Assembly (NCBI GenBank): GCA_965216395.1
Contig: OZ244156.1
Span: forward strand, 1,201,679-1,265,678
DNA from: Alphaproteobacteria bacterium
Lineage (GTDB): Bacteria; Pseudomonadota; Alphaproteobacteria; Micavibrionales; SZUA-601
Direction of reading: 5' to 3'
DNA length: 64,000 nt
Shown: positions 1 to 9,502 of the stretch, one piece after another
Layout: each line of letters opens with the position of its first letter
Numbering within the stretch: the first letter of the stretch is position 1
The notes under the pieces: generated by a model
Database searches by the model: none
What the model was told of the DNA's origin: nothing
Seen by the model: the letters and a program-made list of their open reading frames with translations, nothing else
Position numbers and translations under genes: made by a program

Positions 1-1
1 G

Positions 2-655
2 GGTGTACGTATTCAAACAGTCACCGATGAAATTGCTGATAATCTTGATTTAGAATATCCACGTGGTGCTCTTATCGCATCTATTACACCTGATGGTCCT
101 GCGGATAAAGCTGGCCTTAAAACAGGGGATATTATTATTGGTTTCGACAATAAAAATATTGAAGAGATGCGTAATCTGCCACGTATTGTTGCCGATACTG
201 AAATTGGCAAAAAAGCCAATATTACGATTTGGCGCATGGGAAAAACCATTGAAACAAAAGTAAAAGTTGGTCAACTTGAAAAAGCTGAAAAAGATGGTCT
301 GCTTAGTTTGGATACAAGCACACCTAAACCGCTCACACCAAATAAAGGGACAGTGTCCAAAGCACTTGATCTGACGGTTACGACACTTAACGAAGAAAGC
401 CGACAACGTTTTGGTATTCCCAATAATGTCACTGGTGTCATTATTACAGAGGTTAATCCAAACAGTGACGCCGCAGAAAAAGGCATTATATCGGGGGATG
501 TGATTGTCGAAATCAATCAAGAGAAATTGACCAGCCCTAAAGACTTTAATGATGCTATCCATAAAGCTAAAAAAGAAAAAAAGTCTTCGGTTCTCTTACT
601 CATTAATAGCCGCGGCAATATCCGATTTGTTGCTGTTAAAGTTAATTCTGATTAG
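2..655 (+). CDS. degP: DegP/HtrA (Do family) serine protease, C-terminal two PDZ domains; 5' part outside window
   Basis: Frame open from base 2: GVRIQTVT..GALIASITPDGPADKAGLKTGDII (PDZ1) and GVIITEVNPNSDAAEKGIISGDVI (PDZ2). Confidence 0.88.
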   Translation, partial: GVRIQTVTDEIADNLDLEYPRGALIASITPDGPADKAGLKTGDIIIGFDNKNIEEMRNLPRIVADTEIGKKANITIWRMGKTIETKVKVGQLEKAEKDGLLSLDTSTPKPLTPNKGTVSKALDLTVTTLNEESRQRFGIPNNVTGVIITEVNPNSDAAEKGIISGDVIVEINQEKLTSPKDFNDAIHKAKKEKKSSVLLLINSRGNIRFVAVKVNSD

Positions 656-664
656 TAGTTCTCG

Positions 665-1609
665 GTGATTGAATCTAAAACGGTTATTCTGGTTGGTGGC
701 CCAACGGCAAGTGGTAAGACAAGTCTGGCCATTGAACTGGCACAGAAATATAATGGTGTTATTATTAATGCCGATAGTATGCAAGTATATCAAGAATTAG
801 ATATTATTACGGCGCGCCCCAACGAGCATGAATGTCAACAAGCAGAACATCAAGTTTTTGGTTTTATTTCGATCAAACAACATTTTAGCGTTGCGCAATG
901 GCTCGAAAAAGTAAGTCAAACTATTCAAGAAACCCAATTGAGAAAGAAAACACCGATTTTAGTTGGTGGCACAGGTCTTTATTTCAAAGCTTTGATAGAA
1001 GGTTTATCCCCCATACCCAGCATAGATATGGCTATACGTAAAAAAATAGGCAACTATTACGACGAAATCGGTGCCCAAAAATTTCACGATGAGCTTCATC
1101 AAATCGACCCACAAGCTGCCGAACGTCTTTCTGCTAATGATCGCCAGCGATGTATACGAGCCATGGAAATATGGCATCAAACAGGCCAAACTTTGACGTA
1201 TTGGCAAAATCAACCACGTAAAAAATTTGTAAATAATGCCGTTTTTAAGACATTTATCTTATTACCTAATCGAGAAAAGCTTTATCAAAAAATTGAAAAA
1301 CGGTTTGATTTTATGATCGAAAATGGTGCGTTAGACGAAGCAAAACACATCAAAGAACTTAATTTAGATCGCCTTTTACCTGGCTTGAAGGCTGTTGGCC
1401 TTACCAGTTTGTTGGACTATTTGGATAAGAAGATATCATTGGATGAAGCCATCACTACGGGGAAAACCCAAACAAGGCGCTATGCAAAAAGACAATTTAC
1501 ATGGTTTAAGAACCAATTGCCTGAACAAGAAACAAAAAAACTTTCTGTTTGGCACCTGAAGCCACCTGTGGATATTAAAATATTGGACAAATATCTTCAA
1601 AACTCATAA
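665..1609 (+). CDS. miaA: tRNA dimethylallyltransferase
   Basis: GPTASGKT P-loop, INADSMQVY, VGGTGLY, TRRYAKRQFTW. Confidence 0.97.
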   Translation: MIESKTVILVGGPTASGKTSLAIELAQKYNGVIINADSMQVYQELDIITARPNEHECQQAEHQVFGFISIKQHFSVAQWLEKVSQTIQETQLRKKTPILVGGTGLYFKALIEGLSPIPSIDMAIRKKIGNYYDEIGAQKFHDELHQIDPQAAERLSANDRQRCIRAMEIWHQTGQTLTYWQNQPRKKFVNNAVFKTFILLPNREKLYQKIEKRFDFMIENGALDEAKHIKELNLDRLLPGLKAVGLTSLLDYLDKKISLDEAITTGKTQTRRYAKRQFTWFKNQLPEQETKKLSVWHLKPPVDIKILDKYLQNS

Positions 1610-1642
1610 ATCAATAAAAAATTAAACAAAACTATATATAAT

Positions 1643-2050
1643 ATGTTAATTATGTTGCTTAATATGTTATCCATATCTCTTTCTGGCTTAACAGCCCAAA
1701 AACAGATTATTGAATCTGTTGCATCGAATATCGCCAATTCCAGAAATACAGCTGCCGTACCAGAAAATGCTGAATCTGCAAAGCTTTACCAACCTTATGA
1801 TGTAAACCAAATATCAAACCCAAATGGTGGCGTAAAAACACAAGCCACATTAAGAGAAACAGGTTATATCCAAGCCTATGACCCAAATTCAATTTATGCC
1901 AATAAAGACGGGCAAATTATCGTTCCTAATATCTCATTGGAAGAAGAATTAATTCAATTACAAATCGCAAGTGCTTCCTATAAAGCAAACGTTGCTGTTA
2001 TTAAGACATTAAATGAGATAACAGACGAAGTTTTTGAAATTTTTGTTTAA
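1643..2050 (+). CDS. FlgC-like flagellar basal-body rod family protein (orphan; start may be 1652 or 1664)
   Basis: SLSGLTAQ..ASNIANS N-terminal rod motif; YDPNSIYANKDG..PNISLEEE..YKAN C-terminal motif. Confidence 0.75.
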   Translation: MLIMLLNMLSISLSGLTAQKQIIESVASNIANSRNTAAVPENAESAKLYQPYDVNQISNPNGGVKTQATLRETGYIQAYDPNSIYANKDGQIIVPNISLEEELIQLQIASASYKANVAVIKTLNEITDEVFEIFV

Positions 2051-2175
2051 AAATAAATAGATAATCTCAAATACCCATCGAAAACATTGATTTTTTAACA
2101 AAATTATGTTAACATTAAAGTGTAAGTTGAGAGTTTAAATATCATCAACAGCTCCCCTTATAAAGGAGGTAGACT

Positions 2176-2919
2176 ATGACTGATATCAACAAAATTTATA
2201 CTGCAATATCTACGTGTCTTATTGTTGCCTGTACTAGTTTTTTTAGTGTTTCAGCTATGGCTCAAGACGAAAAAGGCTTAAACGTTATCTTTGTTACAGA
2301 AAATACACGAACTGACAATTATCAATACGCCTATGAATCACGTAAAAAAACCGCCGCTATCATGTTATTTGGTGTCACAGAAACAGAACACCCCTATAAT
2401 AGCTCTGTCGCACGTTACACACCAAGTTTACCAGAATTTATTGATCAACACCTAAAAAACGCAAAAAATGGCTTAACATCAAAATTTGAAAATGAAGATT
2501 TTGACCTTTATGCTGGTGACACATCCTTCTTCTCACAAAACATGAATCGTGGCCTCAGTGTTAAAAGTGCTAAATTGGCTGGTCTGGCGATGGATTTTGG
2601 TGATTGGACATTTGGTGGTGGTTATACATGGGGTGAAGAAAATCCTGCTTTTTTGGATGATAATGAAGAAGGTTTTATTATTGGCACAAGTTATCACAAA
2701 AATGATTGGGCTGTGCAGGCCAGTTACATGTCCACAGGTGACATATTCTCTTTTGACAAAGATAAACGTTACAATAGTTATGTTTTGGGCGCTTCTTATG
2801 CGCCCAATCAAAATATTGGCTATACAGCAACAGTTAATTTTCAACAATATGATGGGGATAAAACATATATCAACGACCAAGAATTACGCTTTACGATTGG
2901 AACAAAAATAAAGTTTTGA
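2176..2919 (+). CDS. Exported porin-like outer-membrane beta-barrel protein
   Basis: Strong SD (AAGGAGGT), signal peptide ending AMA, amphipathic strands (WTFGGGY, WAVQASY, VLGASY), C-terminal Phe (IGTKIKF). Confidence 0.6.
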   Translation: MTDINKIYTAISTCLIVACTSFFSVSAMAQDEKGLNVIFVTENTRTDNYQYAYESRKKTAAIMLFGVTETEHPYNSSVARYTPSLPEFIDQHLKNAKNGLTSKFENEDFDLYAGDTSFFSQNMNRGLSVKSAKLAGLAMDFGDWTFGGGYTWGEENPAFLDDNEEGFIIGTSYHKNDWAVQASYMSTGDIFSFDKDKRYNSYVLGASYAPNQNIGYTATVNFQQYDGDKTYINDQELRFTIGTKIKF

Positions 2920-2949
2920 TCTTTTTGAGATGTGCCTGTAAAAATAGGC

Positions 2950-3621
2950 ATGGTCGATATTAATATTCAACATCAATTATCAGATATTCAAGATCGTATA
3001 AAACAATCTTGCCGAGAAAATAAACGCCTTAATGGCGATATTCAACTGATTGCTGTTTCCAAAAAACAACCCGATTACAAAATTCAAAGTGCTTTAGAGG
3101 CTGGCCACCGTGTTTTTGGTGAAAACCGTGTTCAAGAAGCTTATGAACACTGGCAGCATAGACGTGATGATTATCCAGATTTAAAACTTCATCTTATTGG
3201 CCCTTTACAAAGTAACAAGGTCAAAGATGCTGTTGCTCTATTTGATGTAATTCACACAATTGATCGTGAAAAAATCGCCCACAAAATTGCCAGAGAAACA
3301 AAAAACCAAGGTCGGGATATAGACTGTTTTATCCAAGTTAATACTGGCGAAGAAGATCAAAAATCTGGCATAGAACCATGTGATCTTAACCCTTTTTATC
3401 ATATGTGTTCGAGTGAGTTAAAATTAAATATAATTGGCTTGATGTGCATTCCACCCGTTGATGATATTGCTGGCTTTCACTTTGCCCTTTTGCAAAAATA
3501 CGCCAAAGCATTAAAGCTGCCTCATCTAAGTATGGGTATGAGTAATGATTTCGAAACAGCTATTAAATATGGCGCATCACATATTAGAGTTGGTCATGCA
3601 ATCTTTGGCTCACGCCAATAA
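2950..3621 (+). CDS. yggS: PLP homeostasis protein, YggS family
   Basis: LIAVSK, FGENRVQE, HLIGPLQSNK, GLMCIPP, LSMGMSNDF, IRVG; ATG 2950 preferred over GTG 2932. Confidence 0.95.
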   Translation: MVDINIQHQLSDIQDRIKQSCRENKRLNGDIQLIAVSKKQPDYKIQSALEAGHRVFGENRVQEAYEHWQHRRDDYPDLKLHLIGPLQSNKVKDAVALFDVIHTIDREKIAHKIARETKNQGRDIDCFIQVNTGEEDQKSGIEPCDLNPFYHMCSSELKLNIIGLMCIPPVDDIAGFHFALLQKYAKALKLPHLSMGMSNDFETAIKYGASHIRVGHAIFGSRQ

Positions 3622-4269
3622 TTAATATATTTGTGACAGATACGCGCCTTTATTAAAATTGCGCCCTTGAGTCTTAAGATAATTTTCACGTGCAAGAGCA
3701 ATTTTACTCAGCCGCTCACTTGTTTCTAATGGTGTCGCCATATCTTTTAAAAATTGATTATCATCGTTTTCAAGGTGTTTTCCTTTTATTTCAAAGGCAT
3801 TTTGCTCATTGATCGTCGTATTTTGTGCAACCTTTGTCACTACAACCCTATCGGGCGTGACAGACTTCGAATTATTATCTACCAAACGGCTTAAAACACG
3901 ATCACCAAAATACTGGCCATTTTCTTGCGCAAAGAGAGCGTCAACACTCCCCATAACCGCACCAATCGGCCCTCCAAAAAGGGCGCTACCAGCCAAACGT
4001 GATACAGGATGCATTTCGTCACCCGTTAAACGACGATAAATAGAATTAACAACGGGAATATGTTGCAACGGATTAACGATATCCAATATATCAAAAAAAG
4101 AAAGCTTCTTCTTTTCAGGCTCATCGGGTTTATTTTTGAGGTCTGAATCGTCCCATGTGATATTAAATGGCTTTTTTTCGTTATCCGTATTTTGTATTTT
4201 TTTTGAATCCACTTTCATAATCTGTATAGCTGTCGGATCAGTTATCGAAAAGTTTGGATGCAATGCCAT
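3622..4269 (-). CDS. Conserved hypothetical protein (Rhodospirillales-type)
   Basis: Core FFDILDIVNPLQHIPVVNSIYRRLTGD followed by glycine-rich GSALFGGPIG; SD-like GAGGAAG upstream. Confidence 0.7.
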   Translation of the reverse strand: MALHPNFSITDPTAIQIMKVDSKKIQNTDNEKKPFNITWDDSDLKNKPDEPEKKKLSFFDILDIVNPLQHIPVVNSIYRRLTGDEMHPVSRLAGSALFGGPIGAVMGSVDALFAQENGQYFGDRVLSRLVDNNSKSVTPDRVVVTKVAQNTTINEQNAFEIKGKHLENDDNQFLKDMATPLETSERLSKIALARENYLKTQGRNFNKGAYLSQIY

Positions 4270-4303
4270 AATTTCTTCCTCGTTATCTCAATATATTTTC
4301 TTT

Positions 4304-4320
4304 TGCAAGAGACATGCCAA
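4304..4320 (-). promoter_or_regulatory. Sigma-54 (-24/-12) promoter upstream of the 3622-4269 gene
   Basis: Minus strand reads TTGGCATG-TCTC-TTGCA, matching TGGCAC/TG-N4-TTGCW with exact GG-N10-GC spacing, about 35 nt upstream of the start. Confidence 0.7.
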
Positions 4321-4358
4321 ATATTTTTTTTCATTAATTATTGTGCTATACTGACACC

Positions 4359-4916
4359 ATGAACAAAAACAGACATAATCTTTACCTATCCTGCGACGAA
4401 AGATATATATCTGAAACGGTTGTTCATTTTATTGACCGTTATTTGCCCCAAATAATACGCATACAGGAAGAAGAAAAGGCACATCTAAGCATCTTGATCA
4501 AAGATAAAAAAATCTTTTTAAAAAGCGATCAAGATACTGAAGCGACCCCTATAAAAACACCGCTTAAAATAATTGATTTTTTAGAAAAAATTGAGAAGAA
4601 ATTATCCAAAAGTAAAGCTATTCAAATAGGTCAATATCAATTTGACCCCACAGCACGAATAATTCGCAACCAGTCACACACATGCCACTTAACTGAAAAA
4701 GAAACCGAAGTTCTGACCTATCTTAATTATCATAAAGATAAAGGCGTTACACGGGATGATTTGCTAAACGATGTTTGGAATTATGCTGATAATGTTGATA
4801 CACATACAATTGAAACACATATTTATCGTTTAAGACAAAAATTACTTCATGACCTTAAAGATAACAACATTATTGAAACAGGTGACGACGGGTACTATTT
4901 ATCTAAAAACTCTTGA
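4359..4916 (+). CDS. OmpR/PhoB-type winged-helix regulator with vestigial receiver domain
   Basis: LTEKETEVL, VTRDDLLNDVWNY, THTIETHIYRLRQK; short N-terminus lacks receiver DD and D motifs. Confidence 0.85.
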   Translation: MNKNRHNLYLSCDERYISETVVHFIDRYLPQIIRIQEEEKAHLSILIKDKKIFLKSDQDTEATPIKTPLKIIDFLEKIEKKLSKSKAIQIGQYQFDPTARIIRNQSHTCHLTEKETEVLTYLNYHKDKGVTRDDLLNDVWNYADNVDTHTIETHIYRLRQKLLHDLKDNNIIETGDDGYYLSKNS

Positions 4917-5416
4917 TCCCATAAGTGATCAATAATATCTTCGTATGGCGCTTGCGATATCACACTTATTTCATCATACCCTTTTTCAATAAGATCATCA
5001 ATTTTATCAAGCTTTGATTGATAGTTTTTACCTTCATTTCCACTCGACTGCGAAACTATATAATCAGCTTGTGATAAATAAGTCTGATACGCCTGAAATG
5101 CCTTTTTAAAATCAGGATTAGCATCTTCGGGAATATGCGCTTTTATCTGATTTTTAAGCAAAGCATCACGAAGTTTTTTTAAAGAAAATATTGCTTCATT
5201 TTTTGATACTTCAATTGTTGGATCAACAATCTCTTCATCTTGTATATCAAGATCAGTTTTAATATCTATTTGATCTTCTATGTCATGGCCGTGTTGATTT
5301 GATGATTCTCTTTTATTCCCGCGTGATCCCTCTTCTCTAGTAACACGAGGCGATTTATTCGGTTTTAAACTGCGAACAGTATCAACACGATTATTTTTAG
5401 GCACAAAACTATCCAT
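4895..5416 (-). CDS. Hypothetical protein
   Basis: 173-aa ORF filling the gap, charged and low-complexity N-terminus, no recognisable motif. Confidence 0.6.
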   Translation of the reverse strand: MDSFVPKNNRVDTVRSLKPNKSPRVTREEGSRGNKRESSNQHGHDIEDQIDIKTDLDIQDEEIVDPTIEVSKNEAIFSLKKLRDALLKNQIKAHIPEDANPDFKKAFQAYQTYLSQADYIVSQSSGNEGKNYQSKLDKIDDLIEKGYDEISVISQAPYEDIIDHLWDQEFLDK

Positions 5417-5465
5417 ACCCCAATAATAGCATAAAAAAGTAAATTATGTGAGTAAAATGAATTAC

Positions 5466-6443
5466 TTAGATTAAAGAAACACGGCCATTATTATAAGAAA
5501 CAAGATGATACGGGTCTCTTTCTAAAAGAAAAGCACCGTCAAGATCACAATATTGTGCTTCTTGACCTACTAGAATTGCGGGAACAATGGCAAGTGACGT
5601 GGAAGCCATACATCCAACCATCACTTTAAAATTCAATTTTTGGGCTTGTTTTAACATTTCCAACGCATGTGTCAAACCGCCTGTCTTATCAAGCTTGATA
5701 TTAATATATTGGTATTTACCGACCAAGCAATCGAGATTATCGAGAACATGACATGATTCATCGGCAACAATAGGAATCGGCGATTGATAATTTTTTAAAT
5801 CACTATCTTCACATTCTGGCAATGGCTGTTCAATCAAAACAACATCATTTTCGATCAGTATGGGCATCAAATTATCCATATGATCCACCGTCCATGCTTC
5901 ATTCGCATCAAGGATCAATTGCGCATCAGGACGAAGTTTTTTGACCCTTTCAAGACGTTGAATATCCAGATCATCACCTTTCATTTTCATTTTTAAAATC
6001 GTAAAATCCTTATGCTCTTGAGCGTTTTTTGCCATTTTATCGGGATGATCGAGACTGAGTGTATAACTGGTTTTTAGTGGATTTATCGCTGATTGCTCCA
6101 TGATTTCAGCCCATGATTTATTCTCATAACGGCGACGCCAATCCCAAAAAGCACAATCAACCGCGTTTCGCGCTGGGCCAGCGGACAATATAGACTGCAG
6201 AGCGATAACATCCATATCGCAATCAATAATCGCTTGTTGATTTTTTTCAATCGTTTGAACAACTGTTTTCTGCGTATGACCATATCGTTTCAATGGGACA
6301 GACTCACCACACCCTGTAATCCCATTTTTAGTTATTTCGACCAAAATAGTATCCGCTGTTTTCTTAACCTCTCGCGATATCGCAAATTCGCCCATAATCG
6401 GCCATGAATTTTGCGCAATTTTGATTTCAGTTGAACGACTCAT
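5466..6443 (-). CDS. Dipeptide epimerase, enolase superfamily (L-Ala-D/L-Glu epimerase YcjG / DgcA-like)
   Basis: FAISR, ARNAVDCAFWD, KxK (KMK), DANEAW, EQP, ADES, NIKLDKTGG, DLDG. Confidence 0.9.
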   Translation of the reverse strand: MSRSTEIKIAQNSWPIMGEFAISREVKKTADTILVEITKNGITGCGESVPLKRYGHTQKTVVQTIEKNQQAIIDCDMDVIALQSILSAGPARNAVDCAFWDWRRRYENKSWAEIMEQSAINPLKTSYTLSLDHPDKMAKNAQEHKDFTILKMKMKGDDLDIQRLERVKKLRPDAQLILDANEAWTVDHMDNLMPILIENDVVLIEQPLPECEDSDLKNYQSPIPIVADESCHVLDNLDCLVGKYQYINIKLDKTGGLTHALEMLKQAQKLNFKVMVGCMASTSLAIVPAILVGQEAQYCDLDGAFLLERDPYHLVSYNNGRVSLI

Positions 6444-6445
6444 GA

Positions 6446-7462
6446 CTATTCCTCTACTGTAACGGGTCTTTCTAGTAAGCCTTTAATGGCATGTTCAATA
6501 GTTTTTTGACCCGAAAGTGTTTCATTAACAGCACGAGAAATGGGCATATCAATCTTCATTTGATCCGCCAATTTCATAACCGCTTTGGCTGTATGCACGC
6601 CTTCTGAAACTGTATTCCGCTCTGCCATGATTTCGGCTAATGATTGCCCTTGGCCAATCGCAACGCCTAAAGAAAAATTACGCGATTGCATCGCATTACA
6701 TGTCAAAACCAAATCACCAACACCCGAAAGGCCAGAAAATGTGGCTTGATCAGCCCCTAATGCCAATCCAAAACGTTTAATTTCAGCCAAACCACGCGTA
6801 ATAATCGCCGCGCGGGTATTATCGCCTAATTCACGTCCTGTTGCGATACCACACGCAATGGCAATAATATTTTTCAACGCTGCCCCCACTTGCGCACCGA
6901 TAATATCATCATTCAAATAAAGACGAAAATTCGACGTTGAAAATCTTTGACAGAGTTCATACCCCATGTCTTGATATCTTTCTGGCATAGCCAAGGTTAG
7001 CGCTGTTGGCAAACCTTTTGCCACCTCAATCGCAAAACTTGGCCCACACATGACCCCTATCGGGTTGCTGGGAAATAACCCATTAATAATTTGGGATAAT
7101 AAACGACCCGTTTTAATCTCTATTCCTTTAGAACAAACAATTAAGGGAACATGATTAGCAATTTTATCGACATAAGGTTGCAAAATATCACCCATATATT
7201 GGGCGGGCGTGACAATCATAAGAGCATCCACATCCAAAACATCATCCATTTGAGCAGAGGCTGTAATATTCTCATTTAAATTAACACCAGACAAATAGGT
7301 TCTATTTTCATGAAACTGATTAATTTCATCGGCTACCATTTGTTCATAAGACCATATTTTGACCTGACAACCCGCATTCGCAATGGCTTGGGCGATTGCT
7401 GTCCCCCATGCACCGGCACCAATAATTCCAATTTTGTTAAAACTCATCATTTTCTCACTCAT
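6446..7462 (-). CDS. gpsA: NAD(P)H-dependent glycerol-3-phosphate dehydrogenase
   Basis: GAGAWGTA, SKGIE, GPSFA, ALKNIIAIACG, GDLVLTC..SRN; start placed at the ATGA overlap with the tsaD stop. Confidence 0.96.
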   Translation of the reverse strand: MSEKMMSFNKIGIIGAGAWGTAIAQAIANAGCQVKIWSYEQMVADEINQFHENRTYLSGVNLNENITASAQMDDVLDVDALMIVTPAQYMGDILQPYVDKIANHVPLIVCSKGIEIKTGRLLSQIINGLFPSNPIGVMCGPSFAIEVAKGLPTALTLAMPERYQDMGYELCQRFSTSNFRLYLNDDIIGAQVGAALKNIIAIACGIATGRELGDNTRAAIITRGLAEIKRFGLALGADQATFSGLSGVGDLVLTCNAMQSRNFSLGVAIGQGQSLAEIMAERNTVSEGVHTAKAVMKLADQMKIDMPISRAVNETLSGQKTIEHAIKGLLERPVTVEE

Positions 7463-8484
7463 TTTCCTGTTAATTCGTAAAGCGGCCAACGCGGTCGTGC
7501 AGCAATTTCAAGATCGTCTTTTAGCCCTAAAGATAGACGTTCTAATCCAGCCCATGCAATCATGGCTGCATTATCTGTGCATAATTTTATCGGTGGAGCC
7601 ACAAAAGGCAACTGAAATTTATCCGCTAAATCTGATAAACCTTTTCGTAAATATTGGTTGGCGGCAACACCACCCGAGACAACAAGAGCCGAGGGCCTAA
7701 CATCAATCATATCTAATGCATGGGTTAAGCGATCAACCAAAACATCCCGAACCGCTTGATGGAAAGCCAAGGCGAAATCTGCTTTTTGTTGGGGATGAGG
7801 TGATGTTTTTTCAATCATGTTCCGCATGGCCGTTTTCAGCCCAGAAAACGAAAAATCACACCCCGATCTCCCCTTTAATGGACGCGGTAATTGGAATTTC
7901 TTCGCTTCTTCAAAACGCCCATCTCGAGATAAAATTTCCAACTGCGGGCCACCAGGATATCCAAGCCCCAACATTTTGGCAACCTTATCAAAACATTCCC
8001 CACACGCATCATCAATCGTTGTTCCTAAAAGCTGATACTCTCCGATATCTTTAATCAGCAATATCTGGCTATGACCACCAGATACTAAAAGCAAAAGATA
8101 AGGAAAAGCGACATTATCCGTCAAACGGGGGGTTAAAGCATGCCCTTCCAGATGATTGATACCAAATAGCGGAATATCCGCGGCCATAGATATCGCCTTT
8201 GCCGTCATTAATCCGACCATAACCCCGCCAATTAAACCAGGGCCCGATGTCGCTGCTACACCATCTAAATCTTGATAATTTAGATTTGCTTGTGATAACG
8301 CCTGTTCAATGATGGTATTAATATGATCAAGATGCGCCCGAGCAGCAATTTCTGGAACCACACCCCCATATGGTTTGTGATCTTCTAATTGACTTAAAAC
8401 AACATTACTAAGGATCAACCCATCGCTATTCACAACAGCAGCGGCCGTTTCATCACAGCTTGTTTCAATACCTAAAACAATCAT
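7459..8484 (-). CDS. tsaD: tRNA N6-adenosine threonylcarbamoyltransferase
   Basis: LGIETSCDET, GGVVPEIAARAH, HLEGH, VSGGH, FSFSGLKT, CTDNAAMIA. Confidence 0.97.
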   Translation of the reverse strand: MIVLGIETSCDETAAAVVNSDGLILSNVVLSQLEDHKPYGGVVPEIAARAHLDHINTIIEQALSQANLNYQDLDGVAATSGPGLIGGVMVGLMTAKAISMAADIPLFGINHLEGHALTPRLTDNVAFPYLLLLVSGGHSQILLIKDIGEYQLLGTTIDDACGECFDKVAKMLGLGYPGGPQLEILSRDGRFEEAKKFQLPRPLKGRSGCDFSFSGLKTAMRNMIEKTSPHPQQKADFALAFHQAVRDVLVDRLTHALDMIDVRPSALVVSGGVAANQYLRKGLSDLADKFQLPFVAPPIKLCTDNAAMIAWAGLERLSLGLKDDLEIAARPRWPLYELTGK

Positions 8485-8569
8485 TATCACTCTTCCTGAT
8501 CGGTTGCATGATTACATTCAACAATATTTATACTTGTTTATATCATATAGAGAGGCTAAAAACAGTGCC

Positions 8570-9502
8570 ATGAAAAAAATTCGTATTGGCAGTCGCACAA
8601 GTAAGATGGCGATGATTCAAACAAACCGCATTATCGACCAAATTATTCGCCATTATCCTATGATGGCCGAAGAAGGGTGTATTGAAATTGTGCCCATAAA
8701 AACCACAGGGTGCCGTGTTCAAGACCGTAAACTTGCCGAAATTGGTGGGAAAGGTTTATTTATTAAGGAACTTGAAATCGCTCTAAATCGTGGCGATATT
8801 GATATCGCCATGCACAGTGTCAAAGATGTTCCCTCAATTATGCCCGATGGTTTTGAATTAGCAGCAATCCTTGAACGTGATGAGCCTTGGGATTGTTTTT
8901 TATCCCCTATTGCGAATACAATTGACGAATTACCCGAAGGCGCAACCATTGGCACATCTAGCCCCAGACGGGATGCTTTAACACGTGCTTATCGCCCCGA
9001 TCTCAAAATTGTTACATTTCGTGGCAATGCCGATACCCGTATCAAAAAAATGGAAGCAGGCGAAGTCGACGCAACCTATTTAGCGCTCTCAGGTTTGACG
9101 CGTATTGGAATGCAAGATAAGGCTAATCAAATCTTAAGTCCCGAAATTATGCTCCCCGCAGGCGGACAAGGCGCGCTTTGTATTGAAATACTTTCCAGCA
9201 ATCCAGAAATGCGCCGCTTCTTAGAACCTCTCAATCATGAACCTTCCTATTTTTGCGTTATGGCAGAGCGTTGGTGTTTGGCCGAAATGGATGGCGATTG
9301 TCACACGCCTATTGCCGCTTACGCACAATATGATGGCAAAAAAAATATTACGCTAAAAGCCCTCGCATCAAGAGTCGATGGTAGTGAAATCATCCGCCAT
9401 GAAATGACCGCCCCAGCAGAATCATATATTGCCTTAGGGAAAGAAGTGGGGCGTACCATTAAAGACCAAATGAGTGACGATTTCTTCGATATTATTGCAT
9501 GA
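8570..9502 (+). CDS. hemC: Hydroxymethylbilane synthase
   Basis: IRIGSRTS, GGKGLFIKE, HSVKDVP, IGTSSPRR, RGNADTR, GDCHTPI. Confidence 0.96.
   Translation: MKKIRIGSRTSKMAMIQTNRIIDQIIRHYPMMAEEGCIEIVPIKTTGCRVQDRKLAEIGGKGLFIKELEIALNRGDIDIAMHSVKDVPSIMPDGFELAAILERDEPWDCFLSPIANTIDELPEGATIGTSSPRRDALTRAYRPDLKIVTFRGNADTRIKKMEAGEVDATYLALSGLTRIGMQDKANQILSPEIMLPAGGQGALCIEILSSNPEMRRFLEPLNHEPSYFCVMAERWCLAEMDGDCHTPIAAYAQYDGKKNITLKALASRVDGSEIIRHEMTAPAESYIALGKEVGRTIKDQMSDDFFDIIA

Noticed and set aside
2095-2113. CtrA box upstream of the porin-like gene
   Set aside because: TTAA half-sites are 10 nt apart rather than 7
5466-6443. DgcN-DgcA D-glutamate pathway
   Set aside because: No dgcN (DUF1611) partner nearby; left as a generic dipeptide epimerase
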